The position numbers were made by a program, and so were the translations under genes. Shown one piece after another: positions 35,877 to 50,957 of a DNA stretch of 64,000 nucleotides (positions are counted from its first letter, which is position 1; every line of letters begins with the position of its first letter). This DNA is from the human T2T-CHM13v2.0 reference genome, Homo sapiens. The notes beneath the pieces are model-generated. The model made no database searches. It saw nothing but the letters and a program-made list of their open reading frames with translations, and was not told the DNA's origin. The stretch lies in NCBI RefSeq assembly GCF_009914755.1, contig NC_060942.1; one strand, given 5' to 3'.

Positions 35877-37068
35877 ATGATCTGTTTCATATTGTGTGAG
35901 TTACTGTAGTTTAAGTTGATTCAGGAATTGTTCCATTTCATTTAAGTTGTCAAATTTATTCGTGTAGAATTACTCCTAATATTTCAAATTATTCTTTGGA
36001 TGTCTGCATGGTCTTTAGTGCTATCCCATGTTTCATTCCTGATGTTACTAATTTATGTCTTCTCTCTTTTCTGTCAGTTTTGCTAGAGGATTTCAATTTT
36101 ATTCACTTTTAAAAGAACACATTGTTTCATTAATTTTTCTCTATTATTTTTCTGTTTTCCATTTCATTGATTTCTGCTCTTATAATTGTTATTTTCTCCT
36201 ACTTTTCTTGGAGAAAGATAATAATATCTTTTTCTATATTCTTGACAGGGAGCTAAGATTATTGGTTTGAGATTTTTCCTCTTTTCTAATGTATGCATTT
36301 AGTGCTATAGATTTCCCTCTCAGTTCTGCTGTCACTGTATCCCATACATTTTTGTATATTGTATTTTCATTTTTATTTAGTTGAATGTATTTTTAAATTT
36401 CCTTGAGATTTCCTCTTTGACCCATTGGATATTTAGAATTAGAGTGTTCAATTTTTAAATGTTTGAAGATTTTTCCTGCTTTCTTTCCGTTATTGACTTT
36501 TAGTTTGATTCTGTTGTATTCAGAGAACACATGCTGTATGATTTCAATTCTTTTAATTTGTTGAGGTTTATTTTATGTCCCAAAATGTGCTATGCCTTGG
36601 TATATGTTCCAAGGGCACTAGAAAAGAATGTATATTTGGCTGTTTCGGGGTAGAGTGTTCTATAAATGCTGATTAAGTCATGTTGGTTGATGTTGCTGTC
36701 AAGTTCTTATATGTCTTTGCTGATTTTCTGTCTAGTTTTCCTATTAATGAAAAAGTATATGCCGTCTCCAGTTATAATTGTGAGTTTGTCTATTTCTCGC
36801 TTCACTTCTGCCACTTTGGCTTTACATATTTTATAGCTCTGTTATTTGGTGCATATGTATTTAGAATTGTTATGTCTTCTGTTATATTGACTTTATTATT
36901 AAATAATGCCCCTCTCTGTATCTGGTAGTTTTATTTGCTCTGAAGACTACTTTGTCTGATATTAATATAGACACTCATTTTTCTTTTAATGGGTGTTTGC
37001 ATATCTCTTTTTCCATCCTTGTACTTTCCACTGGCCCATATTTTATATTTTATTTGAGTTCCTTGTAG

Positions 37069-37390
<322 letters not shown>

Positions 37391-37574
37391 TAGTTGGCTC
37401 ATATTTTTAATGCACTCTGCTAATATCTGTCTTTTAATTGGTATATTTAAACCATTTACATTTACTGTAAATATTAATACAATACTTTAGTGCTTAAATC
37501 TGCCATTTTTTGTTTGTTATCTCTATTTTGGATTTCACTGTTTTTTTTTTCCTACCATCCTGTTATTTACTTGA

Positions 37575-37962
<388 letters not shown>

Positions 37963-38799
37963 AGGTATTTTTTTGTTTTGTTTTGTTTTTTTAATCATCA
38001 CTCTAAGTATTACATCATATACACATAATTTATCACTGGCTACTCCCATTGTCATTTTATCAATTTGAATGAAGTATAGAAACCGTACCTCCCTTTACAG
38101 CCTCCATTTATAATATGATTGTCTTAAATATTTCCTGTACATACATTTGGAACCACATCAGACAGTGTTATAATTTTTGCTTCAACAAGCAAAGAAGGAA
38201 GGTCTGTTGCATTTATTCATATTTTTTGCTTACCATGTTCTTTTTTCTTGATGTTCTAACCTTTCTTCTTTTATTGTTTCCTTTTTGTTTTAAGAACTTT
38301 CTCTAGCCACCCTTTGTGAGCAGGTCAGATCTGCTGGTGACAAAATATTTTGTTTTCCTCTAGCTGAGAATGTCTTGATTTTTTCTTTCTTCCTGAAGGA
38401 TTTTCACTGGACATAAGATTCTAGGTTGAGAGGCCTTTTCTTAAAGCAATTGAAATATGTTGTGTTACTTCCTTTGGACTCTATGTATTCTGATGAAAAT
38501 CCATTGTCATTCTAATGGATTTTCTTCTTTGGTAAAGTAGCATTTCTCTCTTGCTGTTTATAAAACTTTTTTGTCTTTAATTTTCATAAATGTGACTATG
38601 ATGTGTCTTGACATGGATATCCTTGGAAGGTTTTTTAGCATTCAGATTTACTCAGGTGTTTAAATCTGTAGGTCTATGACTTCTGTCAAATTTGGGAAGT
38701 TTTCAGCCATTTTTTAGCAATTTTTCAGCCTCGCCCAATTTTTCCTTTCCTTCAGGTCTCCAAGACATGAATTTTAGACCTTTTGTTATTGTCACACAT

Positions 38800-39293
38800 T
38801 GTATTGATTTCCTATGGCTGCTGTAACAAATTACCATACAGTGCATGCCTTACAGAAGTGCACATGTACTTTCTTACAGTTCTGAAGGCCAGAACTCAAA
38901 AATCAGTTTCACAGGGCTAACGTCAAGGTGTTAGCAAGGCTGCTTCCTTCTGGAGGTTCTAAGGAATAATCTATTACTTTGCTTTCTTTAGCTTCTAGAG
39001 GCACCTGTATTCTTTGACTACAATCCCTTCCTTGGATCACTCCAATTTCTTTCCTCTGTCATCGTATCTCCTACTTACTTTTCTGCGGCCAGATTTATCT
39101 CTGCTCTTTGCCTCCCTCCTTTAAGGACACTGTGATTACATTTAGGAGCCACCTGGATAGTGCAGGCCATTCTCCTTATCTGAAGAGTTGTAGAATAATC
39201 ACATCTACCAAATCTCTTTTTTCCATTCACAGCTTCCAGGGATTGGAGCCATTCTGCTGAATATCTTTGGGAGCCATTATTCAGCTTACCACA
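38800..39293 (-). mobile_element. MLT1C/D-type LTR
   Basis: tgtattgatttcctatggctgctgtaacaaattacca...ccattattcagcttaccaca; TSD cacat/cacag. Confidence 0.85.
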
Positions 39294-41475
39294 CACAGGT
39301 TTCTGAGGCTTTCTTTCTCTCTCTTTTTATTCTCTAATCTGTTTTCTCTGTTATTCAAATTGAGTGATTTCTATTTTTCTATCTTGTAGCTCCCATGTTC
39401 TTTTCTGTCACTCACATTCTGCTCTTGAGCCCACCCACTGATTTTTATATTTTGGGTATTTTTTTCAATTCTAAAATTTCTACTTAGTTTTTCCTTATGT
39501 GTTCTATTTCTTGGCCAAAGTTTTATATTTTTTTATTTATTTGAAGCATGTTTATAATCATTCAATTGAAATGTTTTTCTTATGACTGCTTTAAAAACTT
39601 TGTCAAATAATTCTAACATCTCTGGGATCTTGCTTTTAGCATCTGTTGATTGTCGTCTTTCATTCAGTTTGAAATCTTCCCGGTTCTTGGTATGATGAAT
39701 GATTTTCAATGGAAACTTGGCCATTTTCTTATATGTTAAGAGACTCTGAATCTTATTTAAACTTTCTGATTTAGCCGAGTTCCACTAACATCACCTCAGT
39801 GAGCATCAGTGCCAGGTGGGGGGTAGAAATTAGGTTCCTCACTCAGTCTCCCTTGACACCTGAGGGGACTTCACATTACTGTAGGGCAAAGTGGGTCTTC
39901 ACTGATACTTCCAGCTATGAAGGGTAGAAGTGCCTCCTTTCTGTTCCCCATGTGGTCTCTCCACTGACACACTAGGGGGACAGAAGAGGGGGCCTAATGA
40001 CTGCTGGGTCTTAGTGACAGTTCTGACTCTCCATTAAGCCACCTGTGACACCATCCCAGGAGAGAAGGAGAAGGGAGACTCAGTACTGCAAGGCAGGGGT
40101 AGAACTCCAGGATCCTCCCACCATTACTATTGACAACATAGTGGGGGTGAGGAATAGGGGGGGTCTTTATTACCACTGGTGAAAATGAAAGTCCCAGCTT
40201 TTTACTTGGCCTTCTATGACATCATCACGGTGGGGATGGGAGAAGTTGGGGTGTCTTGTTACAGCTTGGCAAGGATGGAAGTGTAGGTTTCCCACACAGC
40301 TTGTGTTGGCATAGGTGTGGTGGAACCACAATTATTTCTTTCTTCTGTGGCTACAATAGAGCAGTTATTGCCTAAATTTGTTTTTTTATCTAGCTATGAT
40401 GCTCCTTTCCTGTTCCTTAGGCCAGAGAGAGTATGGTTTTGTTGGCACCCTTTTAAAAGTTGTGCCTGATGGCATTTCTGGGTTTCCAGTTTCTTTAGCC
40501 CCAAGAATTGGATATGTGAGGCAACACACGATTCCAGGGAACTCACCATCATGTCATTCCTTGAGCTCTGAGGTCCCCTAGCTGATTTGTCTTCTCTTCT
40601 CCAGCTTTCAGTGTCTTTGTATGTTTATTTAATGTATAAAATACAGGGGTTTCAGTTGTACTTAGTAAGAAGAGTAGGGGAAAGTGCTTTTTCTCCTTCT
40701 TCACAGAAGCAAAAGCCCAATCTATATGTTTTATGCAAGCATAAACTGAAAAAATATCACTCCCGTTGATTCTCAGAGGATAAACCTCAGAGGGTTACTG
40801 CTTATCTGTTTCTGAATAATCAACAGTTGACAGGTAAGTGGGATGAGTGAATCCTCAAGTGGTGTTGCAGATAGATGGGTTCACAATGCAGTCCATCATT
40901 GTAGGATTCATGGACCACAGGCAGGTACCCTTACTCCCCCAAATCAATTCTCTCTCCCCTCCTGGAAAGCCATTACTGTAGGCTGTGGCATAGTTGGAGA
41001 TTTCCCCCACTCTCAGAGATGTCTTTTCTGGTGGGATGCTGGAACCACACCATCCCAGCTCTTGCTCTACTCTCACTAAATGCTCTTTGTTTCCAGGAAT
41101 ATCATCCACCTGAAATGTAGTTTTGGACCAGTACGTGCATGGGAAAATGTTTGTAAACTAAGAAATAGTGAATGCAGAATCTATATTTAAATCTAACTGA
41201 GGAGCACCTCCTAGAAATTATTATTATTAATTTCTTTTGATGTAAAAATTATGCATTAAAAATAAATGTTCTGATTTGTCAAGTTGTTTGATCACTACTT
41301 GGTAGGTTAAGTACAAAAGATGGAGCTAAGAATTCTCTGCTTGAAACCAATATGCTGAGGGATTACAGTTGACATGGAGGAGATCACAAAGGACAACAGT
41401 CTAGGGAAATTCATGAAAAAGACAAATCAAGTTATTGACATTGTAGCCAACCTTGAAATTCTCACTCTACTAGAG

Positions 41476-41657
41476 CAATGGTTCTCAAAGTGTTGGCCTC
41501 AGCAGCATCAGCACAACTTTGAAACTCTTTGTTAATGCAAATTCTAAGTGTCTATCTTGGACCCACTGAATCACAAACTATGGGGATTGATCCCACAATC
41601 TGTCTTATAGCCAGCTATACAGGGGATTGTGCTACACGCTAACGTTGAGAACCACTG
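41476..41657. mobile_element. MER5A (hAT), complete
   Basis: TIRs caatggttctcaa/ttgagaaccactg; 8-bp TSD tactagag/cactagag. Confidence 0.9.
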
Positions 41658-43872
41658 CACTAGAGTAATCCCTCCAACCATTGAAAAATATGCTAAATTT
41701 ATGCTTTCAGTGATCCTTGACTGGGTTTTTGGAAAATGTATTTATTGTATTTAACATTTTATGTGCTCATATTATAAATGTTTTTCAAGTAAATATAGTA
41801 AGGAAATTAAAAATGCATTACCTAAAACTATCTCCTTGGTTGATACATATTAATGATTATGCAATTATTTTCTATCCTTAACCCAGATCTACTCCATGTC
41901 TGATTTTGTGGTTGACATCAAAAAAATGAGCCAGGCCTACACTTCCCTCCATTTGTTTCTCATAGTTGCCAAGTCATACATTAATGGATTTTGTAGCTGT
42001 TTTTATGTTCTTTTCTAGAGATGACACCCATCATTAGGTATTTGGAGGTGAGAGTGGGGGTGTCTCTGCATTATTTGAAGAAGATGCTTTTTAGGAGATC
42101 TTGTCACATAGTATTGTTAGAGACAGATGCGTATGTGGATGTCCAAATTAATCATTGTCATTACTACATCAGCTCTACCATGGGGGATTTACTGTTTACT
42201 GTATGCTGGCATTTTTCTCTGGGGTCATGTGAGATTAAAGGACATCTTGGCTAAAAGCCTGTCCTGAGGAAAGAAAAGCTGCATTTCTATATAGATATTT
42301 TATAACTGAGATAGAATTCCAAACCCCAGGATAGGGTAAGACAAAATCAACAAGAAGTAAAAGGTTAAAAGGTTTTAAAATGTTTTATGATGGTGCTGAA
42401 ATATAGACAGATGCAGATTTGAGAAGTAGTCTGTGGCTTCCAGCCCTGAATATGATTCAGTTTCATTGTATTTTAAGGACAGTATTTTATATAATTTTAC
42501 ACTTTCAACTAGCAATTTGCTAAACTGAGAGGGCATAATCGGTATTCACATAGTATCCACCTCTTCTGATGAATAATATTTTAGCTTTTGGATTAGGCAT
42601 CACATTTTACTGTGTATAATTTTTTAAGCTGAATTTTTTAGTTTCTGTAAATCGTATGTTTCAATTACATATACCCTTTATACACTTTTTTGAAAATGTC
42701 TTTTTCTGTGTGAGCTGAGGAAATCTGCTTTTCATTTAAGATGACACATATTCTTGGTTTAGAAAAATATTACTTTCTATCCTTTCACTGTTCCTCACCA
42801 CCAGTTGTCTTAGGCTCTTTTTATTCCTTCTGTTTCATTTGTGCATTCAATTTGATACTATTTATCATTTACTCATTTTGCTTGGGCGTTTAAATGGTTG
42901 TGCCTCTGCAGTGTTTTGGGGATAAGACTTTTCCAAACCTTCATTATACAATGTTTGCTCAATAATACCATTTGGGCAGGTTGGAGGAACCACTCCTTTA
43001 GGAACAGATTTTTAAATGGTATAGCAGATGTTTCCTCTTACATAGAGTCATCCTTTCTAAAATAAAGGCCCCCAGCCATGGCAATACTAATCAGATGTCT
43101 TCTTTCTTATAATCATTACTTGGTTGACATTTTTTAAATGTGGTAATTAAATCAGCACCAAAATGCTTTGATAGGAAGTACACACTGTGTCTTCTGTGGG
43201 TAGTGGTCCAGATTTTCCCCTACTGTGTTCGGTGCTATTTATAAACACAAAATGTGTCAGGTGATTTTTTTTCCACATGCAGATAAATTCTGCCTCCTCC
43301 TTTTAACCCAAACACTGTAAAAATAATGTTTATCATAAGAGTGTATACAAAATAATGATTTTTGCTAATGATGCTAAATACCCTTTAGGAAGTGATATAT
43401 GAGTCAGATTGATTTTGAAAATTTGATCAAAATATGAATCATTTTCAAAAGAGGAAAACATTTCAAATCATCTAGCTGTTCTTTTATTGTTTGCCTCAGT
43501 GTCAACATAGTGCTTAAACCTTTTTTTGTTTCTGCTTTTTGTTTGCTTGTTTTGGATTTAAGTTTTTGTTTCTGTTTGATGCCTTCCTTACTTTCCAAAC
43601 ATATGATGTAACAGCTAAAAATAAAAGTTCTCTAAATACCTTTAATATTTCAGATTGAGCTTAGATATGAGATTGAGAGTTGTCCCATGGTTGTACAATT
43701 TGAATCCTTGTATAGACAAGGAGGAAAAACAACTGAAGTGAACCCAAAGGAAATGGTATTCTATTACCAGTCTGCCATGGAGTGGTTATAAAAGCAAAAT
43801 AATCTAACTTCACTCACCCAATAGTAGTTTAAGGGATAAAAATAGTCCTGTGGTTTCATGTGAGTGAGTGTA

Positions 43873-43877
<5 letters not shown>

Positions 43878-43909
<32 letters not shown>

Positions 43910-43939
43910 TTTTTTTGGTTGTTGTTGTTTTTTTTTTTT
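43878..43939. repeat. (TG)n followed by a T-rich tract
   Basis: Direct reading of the sequence. Confidence 0.95.
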
Positions 43940-44459
43940 TAAGTCTGAGCTTGGTCACAGGTGGGAGAAGGTGACAGATATCAGCGTTTCACTTCTTTCT
44001 TAGCTTTGACTGCTCCTGCCCATTTATGAACAGTGCTAATCTATGCCAATTAGATTTTTTTTCCTACAAATTTATCTGTTCTCTCCATCTATTTTGTTTT
44101 TGTGTGTGTTCTCTGTTTTTCTCTGAGTTTTCATCCCTCAGTACCCCGACTAGCATCTAGCATCTAGTTGGATGGTCATGAAAGGAGATGTGCTCCTAGC
44201 ATAGTGAAATTGAAAACATTTTGGTTCCTTGCGTGTGCTTCTCGAAGCTTTCACCAAGGCCGTGACAAGACTGCATATTTCAGCTTTCCCTCCTCCCTGT
44301 TCCATCAGTCATTCCATATTATTTACTAGGAGTCAGTATTTTATAATCAGTGGCAGAGCTAGTCTTCGGCATAGGTTATCCTTGCCACGCCTTTTATGAG
44401 CCCCTGTGGCTCAATGTGACTAGGACACTGGCCATTCTTTTTTTTTTTTTTTTTTTTTT

Positions 44460-44590
44460 GGTGCTTCTCAAATATATTTCAAGGACCACCTGCATCAGAA
44501 TCATCTGGGGGGTTTGTTAAAAGTACAGGTATCTAAAACCCATTCTAGAGCCACACATTGAATCAGAATCTATCTTTATGAGTTTAGAAT
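44460..44590. mobile_element. MER5-type fragment preceded by T22
   Basis: gtgcttctcaaa...ggaccacctgcatcagaatcatctggggggtttgttaaaa; T run at 44438-44459. Confidence 0.7.
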
Positions 44591-45114
44591 TTTAAGGCTA
44601 ATAGTAATGATAGGGGCTAGTCCAGATCTGCATGTCACAATCCAGGGCAACTTTTAAAAAATCAGAATGCATGGATCTCATCCCCTAGTTTCCCACTTAA
44701 ATGGCCTTGTGTGTTTAAATCATGCAGCTGACGGTAACAACCAGAAATGTGCTGTAGAAGTTGAAATGTAAGAATGGAGATTGGTATTGACAGAAAAGCA
44801 TTACTTTCAGTGAATTCATGAAAGTCCATGGATTTATCCTCATTTATAAATTCAGAACCCAGATCCTTCTCTGAAAGACAAAGCCACATTAAGCTTATAG
44901 AGACTGAGCTATAAATAAGAATTTGCTTAATCACAATTAGAATTGTCATTGTTACTAGGATCAGCATGAGTAAGGCATTCTTACCCTACTGGCTGATCCC
45001 CACGGAAAGAAAAATTATTATAAGTTTTCTCTTGAACCTGGAGTCAGACTAAAGAAAGTTATTTGAATAAAAATGGTGAATATATACTTAAGACCCATCT
45101 GTTATGAACAATTT

Positions 45115-45280
45115 TAAACATTTCATCTGTATTATCTCAATCCTACTCAGTAACCCTTTGTGCTAGTATTATTAGCTCTAATTTCTAGATGAGAAAAAGA
45201 TAGGAAAAGGGATCCTATGTAACTTGTTGAATATGACAGAGCCACCAAAAGGTAGAGCTGAAATTCCTGGGCTCTATGAC
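45115..45280. mobile_element. MIR
   Basis: ctcaatcctactcagtaaccct...ctagatgagaaaa...ggtagagctgaaatt. Confidence 0.6.
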
Positions 45281-48077
45281 TTAGTTATTAGTAAAAAAAG
45301 AAGATAACTTGAGAGTTGGCTGGGCCTTAGCATCTAAGTAAGCAATCAAATGGGGCCAGCATAGCTCCTAGTTGGTGAAGAAGAAAGAAATGTGCAAACT
45401 GCCATTCATATGGATAGGATGCTTTCAAGTCATGTGTAACTAGAATGAATAGCCCCTGGGTGGATCAAGGGTGATATCATGGTCAGAACCTTGTGGTTTG
45501 TCTAACTTAACCTCTCCAGAACTGTGATTAAGTGAAAGATATACAGAATCAGAGTCTGCTCTCAAAGTCACATTTGGAAAAATGAATCACAGTTTATAGA
45601 AATAGCTAGTGTAAATATTAATATATAATAATAGATGCATATTTAAATATATTAGGTGAGTATGCGTGTATCAGTTTCTTGAATGTCCCCAAGTCCTTAG
45701 GTCACTTTGACTCAGAAAATTTGAGTGAAATTGGCTTGAGCTTCCACTAGCTCCAACTCAAGCATATTTTCTGTTATTTGGGGGGATTTTTATGGAGCTT
45801 GCATTTCTCCTGTGACTCTGTTCTGAGTCTCTGCATCTGTTGAATGCCCAATCATTACTCTGAGTTTTATTTCCTAAGCACAGTGCCAACTTAGGTCACC
45901 CTGCTGGTTATATGCCCTTGATTCTTTTAATCCCAGAAGTCCCACTGGCTCTAGGCTGTGTGTTTAGGAGACTTTGTTATAGGTTTAGGCAATGGAGTTG
46001 TGTTATGGGACAGCAATGTTAGATATCCCTAGTATTGAAACTCCCTCAACCATTTTTTTTTCTAAAAAAATTTATATAGTTTGCCTTTTTAACTTAAGCT
46101 TCAGTACCTTACTGTGTGAGAAATGGGGTTATTTATAAATGTACAAATTCATCTCAGAACGGCAGGTACACACTAGTAAATCATATTTCTGGCTGTTTTC
46201 CTCAGTCTGCTAGGAACTATCAGATTGTTAACTACTACTGAAATGTAACCCTTACTCTCTCAGAAAGGAAAAGTGAATGGCCCTCTCATCTATGAAATAA
46301 ATGTCTGCCACTAGCAGTCCCTGAAAACTCCTCAGCATAAACATTAACCTTCCATCTTTTATGGTGGTGAATCCAGCAGATGGATGGCGCAGTGGCAGTG
46401 TGTGATATTGCAGTTGATACTATGGGATTCTTTTAAGTAGGAGTGCAACCGTAACTCCACAATGGTGGTGGTGTTACTGTTCTCTGAAAGGTATATGTGA
46501 GAATTACATAAATTGCTGAGCATAGAAAACTTTAGGGCCCTAGTCATAAAAACATGGTATATCCTTGCATTGATATCTTTCAGAAAACAACCCTTTCCAA
46601 TGCTTACATAAGCATTGTTTGCATCTTGCAGGTTATAGTTTACCAGATTTTGCTTATTTGGTCAAAAAATAAAAATAAAATTTTTCCACTGTGATGAAAA
46701 GTAACCATTGCATTGTGGAATACAAATTAGCAAACCAGTATAGAAGAATACTGGTTTCACATAAGATGTGACCACTGCTATAATCAAGATGACAACAGTG
46801 AATGAAGTTTGGTTGCATGAATCTAATAATCCATGGAAAACTTTAATAGTTGCCTAGGATTGATGGTAAACCTAACAGCAGCACTGTTTTAGATTGTCAT
46901 GTGTTTTCAAAGACATAGCTTTTAGAGCTCCGTTTATTTTCCCAAAGCCTTTTGCCTCATATCCATTAAAACTGCCAAGGTGCACATTACTGTGAGCTGG
47001 ATTTGTTATGCTAATTTCCATGTCCATGAATCCAGAAAACACTGGTTGAGATTGATAGAAATCTATAACACAAGCAGAAAGCTTAATTAACAACACCTAT
47101 ATGCTAATAGTAAACTTGACATAGAATAGTTGCAAAACTAAATAGTTATGGTCATAACATGTGCCAGTCTTTACCTAGCGATAGGCTAAGAGGAAAATAT
47201 GGCAAATTTCAAATACAAAAGTAATGTTTTATTGGTAACATCATTTTCTTTAGCAATACCTAAAATGTTTCTCTGGCTCTGCCAGATACAAAGCTGATAA
47301 TTGAATGATTTGCTCTAAATTCTCATTAGAGAATCCATCGGTCTGCTGCAAGGTGACATCTCAGCTGTCTAGGTGACCCAATGTGAGACTGGAGGAAGAT
47401 GAAGGCATCTGCTCATCAGTGTCTATGTACAGTTGGATCACACTGAGCAGCTGGAGACACCACTCCCTTGTCCTCAGGGAGCTTACATTCTACTTGGGAG
47501 GTGCAATTAAGAAACAATGAAACAACATGAGATGAAGAAAGAAAAAATTGTATGAAACATGAGAAAATATCTAAATATTCTGAGAAGCAAGAAGGCTATG
47601 AGGAGATATGTGACAACATTTTAGTGGCTTTCTTGAATCAACAACTGCATGAACAAGTAGATTTTACCATTAACTACTACCTGCACCCTACTTCAAATCT
47701 CTTCAATAGAAACCTAAACAGAACTTGAGTCCTACTTGGATGCTTCCACATTGTAAGTTCTTTGCCTATGCAGGTAACGACTCTGACAAGATAGATTTCC
47801 CTACCTGTAGGAAACTGGGAGAATGGACCAGAAAAAATAAAATCTCATTTAAATTGTGCACAGAGGTTCTAGTGGTCAGAATTCACTCCACAGTGGCTAT
47901 TTAAGGACTCTAAAGATTGCTCTTAGTTATCTGTTATTTTATTAGGCTGAAGGATCAATTTCCATCTTTAAGGAAATCTATGATTTTATTATCTTTGTCC
48001 TAATTCCACATCAGCTCTTTGTGTGCATGTGTTTGTGTATGTGTGTTTGTGTGTGTGTATAAATGTATGTATAAAAC

Positions 48078-48268
48078 AGTAGTTCAAGCTTTTAGCATGC
48101 CTAAGAATTACCTGGTTGTTGGGGGGAGTGAAAACACAGCTTGCTGGGCTTCACTGCCAGAATTTCTGATTAATCAGTCTGGACTGGGAACCAATATTTG
48201 CATTTCTAACAGGTTGCCAGACAATGCTGACACTGCTGACCCAGGGACCAAACTTTAAGAGTCATCGA
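48078..48268. mobile_element. MER5-type element
   Basis: atttgcatttctaacaggttgccagacaatgctgacactgctgacccagggaccaaactttaaga. Confidence 0.75.
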
Positions 48269-48388
48269 TATGACACATAAGGCTCATGGTGAATCACAGT
48301 GACTTTATTAAAAAGTGAATCATTTAAATGCAATATCTAAGGCAGTATTAAAGAAGAAATGGGGTACTGAAGTGTGGCCAAATGAGTG

Positions 48389-48743
48389 TGTCTTAGTCTG
48401 TTCAGACTATAGCAAAATATCATAAGCTGGTGGCTAAGGAAGAACAGGAATTTATTTCTCACAGTTCTAGAGGCTGGAAAGTCCAAGATTAAGGCAGTTT
48501 TGGTGCCTGTTGAGGTCCTGTTTACTGGCTCATATATGGCAACCCTTGCTGTGTCCTCACATGGTGGAAAGGGCAAGGAGTCTCTCTTGGGACTTTTTTC
48601 ATAAGGGAATTAATACCATTGATGAAGGTTTTGTCCTCATGACCTAATTACCTCCCAAAGGCCTCACTCCTAACACCATCAACTTGGGTGTTAGGATTTC
48701 CACATTTGAGTTTCAGGGGGACACAGACATTCAGACCATAGCA
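48389..48743 (-). mobile_element. MLT1A/MSTD-type LTR
   Basis: tgtcttagtctgttcag...ggaatttatttctcacagttctagaggctgg...cattcagaccatagca. Confidence 0.85.
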
Positions 48744-49877
48744 AGATGTGTGTTTTAATATGAAACTCACCCTGTGCTGGCCTTGAAATTTTGCAGTGTG
48801 GGTGTTGGGAGGGTAGACTGAGTTTTTGGGTTGATAAAGCTTTGGGGGTTTGTTTAGTTCAGCTATTAGGGTAGACTCCCCTTGCTTGATGCCTTTTAAA
48901 ATTCTTGCTCAGAATATTGCAAAACAGCTGGCTCAACTCATTCCACCTGACTTTCTCTACCCTAACGTCAGCTCTGACCCATTCCAAACAGGATTTTTCA
49001 CTTCTCTTAGTAAGCTCACTGGTTTTGTTTGGCTTGTTAGATGGCAAACTCCCTTGAGTTTTCTTCCCTTGAAGAAAAAACTCCCTTAATTTTTGTTTGG
49101 ACTGTTGGTCAGCTAATCCTTACAGTTTTAATTGTTGCTCAGGAAATCTGGGTCCTTGTGCATCTCCAGTTTTAACTTCCTACACAGACCTTTCCTTGAA
49201 AAATACTATTACAATGCAAAAGGGTGTTAGTACCTTGGTCAATTATTTCGAAAATACTTGCACACACATACACACAAACACAACAAAACCATTCTTAAAA
49301 ACATCTTACTATTCCATAGTCATAGTTGTATTTGTGAAATAAGCCTTGTATTCGATTGTATTGTGGGGCATCCTGATCGCTGTAATAAATGAAATATGTT
49401 ACTGTTGTTCTCTACTACTTGTGTTTTAATAGGATGGTGCTGTGTTACGTTTCCAGTTTTGCTAAGAAAGTGTTCTTAAGCACTGTTCATTGCTTAATGT
49501 ATCCTGTTTCCAGAGATTAGATTTTCTCGTAACCAACAAATGCTGTCCCAAAACCACCTTGGCGACCTTACCAAAAGGAAAGATTCTGCCATTTTCTTCT
49601 AACCAGGTCCCAGTGATATTTTTCATATTCTTCTGTCAAACTCAGCTCTTATCCTCTACTTTTGTCTTAGGATCATGACGTGCTTGTGGAACATTAAAAC
49701 TGAAAGAAGCAGAGGTATCATTTAGCCCCACCCTTTCATTTAAGAGAGAAGCTAAACAAACTGCTCAATGTCACACACTAAATTAGTCACACAGAAAATG
49801 ACTAAGGGTCAAGACCTTTTAGCCAATCTTTTTCTATAACCATGCTTGAAATTTTAACTAATACAGTGAATCTCAGC

Positions 49878-50957
49878 TATTGGGGGAACCACCCCCAATA
49901 ATTCAACGTAGGTTCTTTTCTATTTTCCCTAAGTGTTGGCCGGTCTGAGAAATAAAGGGAAAGAGTACAAGAGAGAAATTTTAAAGCTGGGTGTCCGGGG
50001 AAGGCATCACATATCGGCAGGTTCCATGATGCCCCTCAAACTGCAAAACTAGCAAGTTTTTATTAGTGATTTTAAAAGGGGAGGAATGTATGAATAGGTT
50101 GTGCATCACAGAGATCACATGCTTTGAGGGCAATAAAATATCACAAGGCAAATGAAGCCAGAGCAAGATCACAGGACCAGGGCGAAATTGGAATTGCTGA
50201 TGAAGTTTCATGTCCCACTGGGCATGCGTTATCATTGATAACATCTTATCAGGAGACAGGGTTTGAGAGCAGACAACTGGTCTGACTAAAATTTACTAGG
50301 CAGGAATTTCCTAATCCTAGTAAGCCTGGGGACTCTACAGGAGACCCGGGCTTATTTCATACCTTATCTACAACCATATAAGACAGACACTCCCAGAGCG
50401 GCCATTTCAGAGACCTCCCCCTAGGAACGCATTCTCTTTCTCAGGGCTGTTCCTTGCTGAGAAAAAGAATTCAGCGATATTTCTCCTATTCGCTTTTGTA
50501 AGAAGAGAAATATGACTCTGTTCTGTTCGGCCCCTTAGGCAGTCAGGCCCAATAGTTATCTCCCTTGTTCCCTGAAAATCGCAGCCATCCTTTTCCTTTT
50601 GGATGCCCGGATTCCATATTGTTCAAACACACATGCTCTACAAACAATTTGTGCAGATAACGCAATCATCACAGGATCCTGAGGTGACATACATCCTCAG
50701 TATATGAAGATGATGGGATTAAGAGATTAAAGTAAAGACAGGCGTAGGAAATTATAAGAGTATTGATTGGGGAAGTGATAAATGTCCACGAAATCTTCAC
50801 AATTTATGTTCAGAGATTGCAGTAAAGACAGGCATAAGAAATTATAAAAGTATTAATTTGGGGAACTAATAAATGTCCATGAAATCTTCACAATTTATGT
50901 TCTTCTGCCATGGCTTCAGCTGGTCCCTCTGTTCGGGGTCCCTGACTTCCCACAACA
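49878..50957 (-). mobile_element. MER11 solo LTR (HERV-K11/HML-8)
   Basis: Minus strand starts tgttgtgggaagtcagggaccccgaac; 1080 bp; perfect 6-bp TSD ctcagc at 49872-49877 and 50958-50963; internal 90-bp-period repeat at 50731-50901. Confidence 0.93.

Noticed and set aside
50731-50901. Two copies of about 81 bp at 90-bp period, resembling a repeat-spacer array
   Set aside because: Internal repeat of the MER11 LTR; only two units in a eukaryotic context, so not CRISPR.
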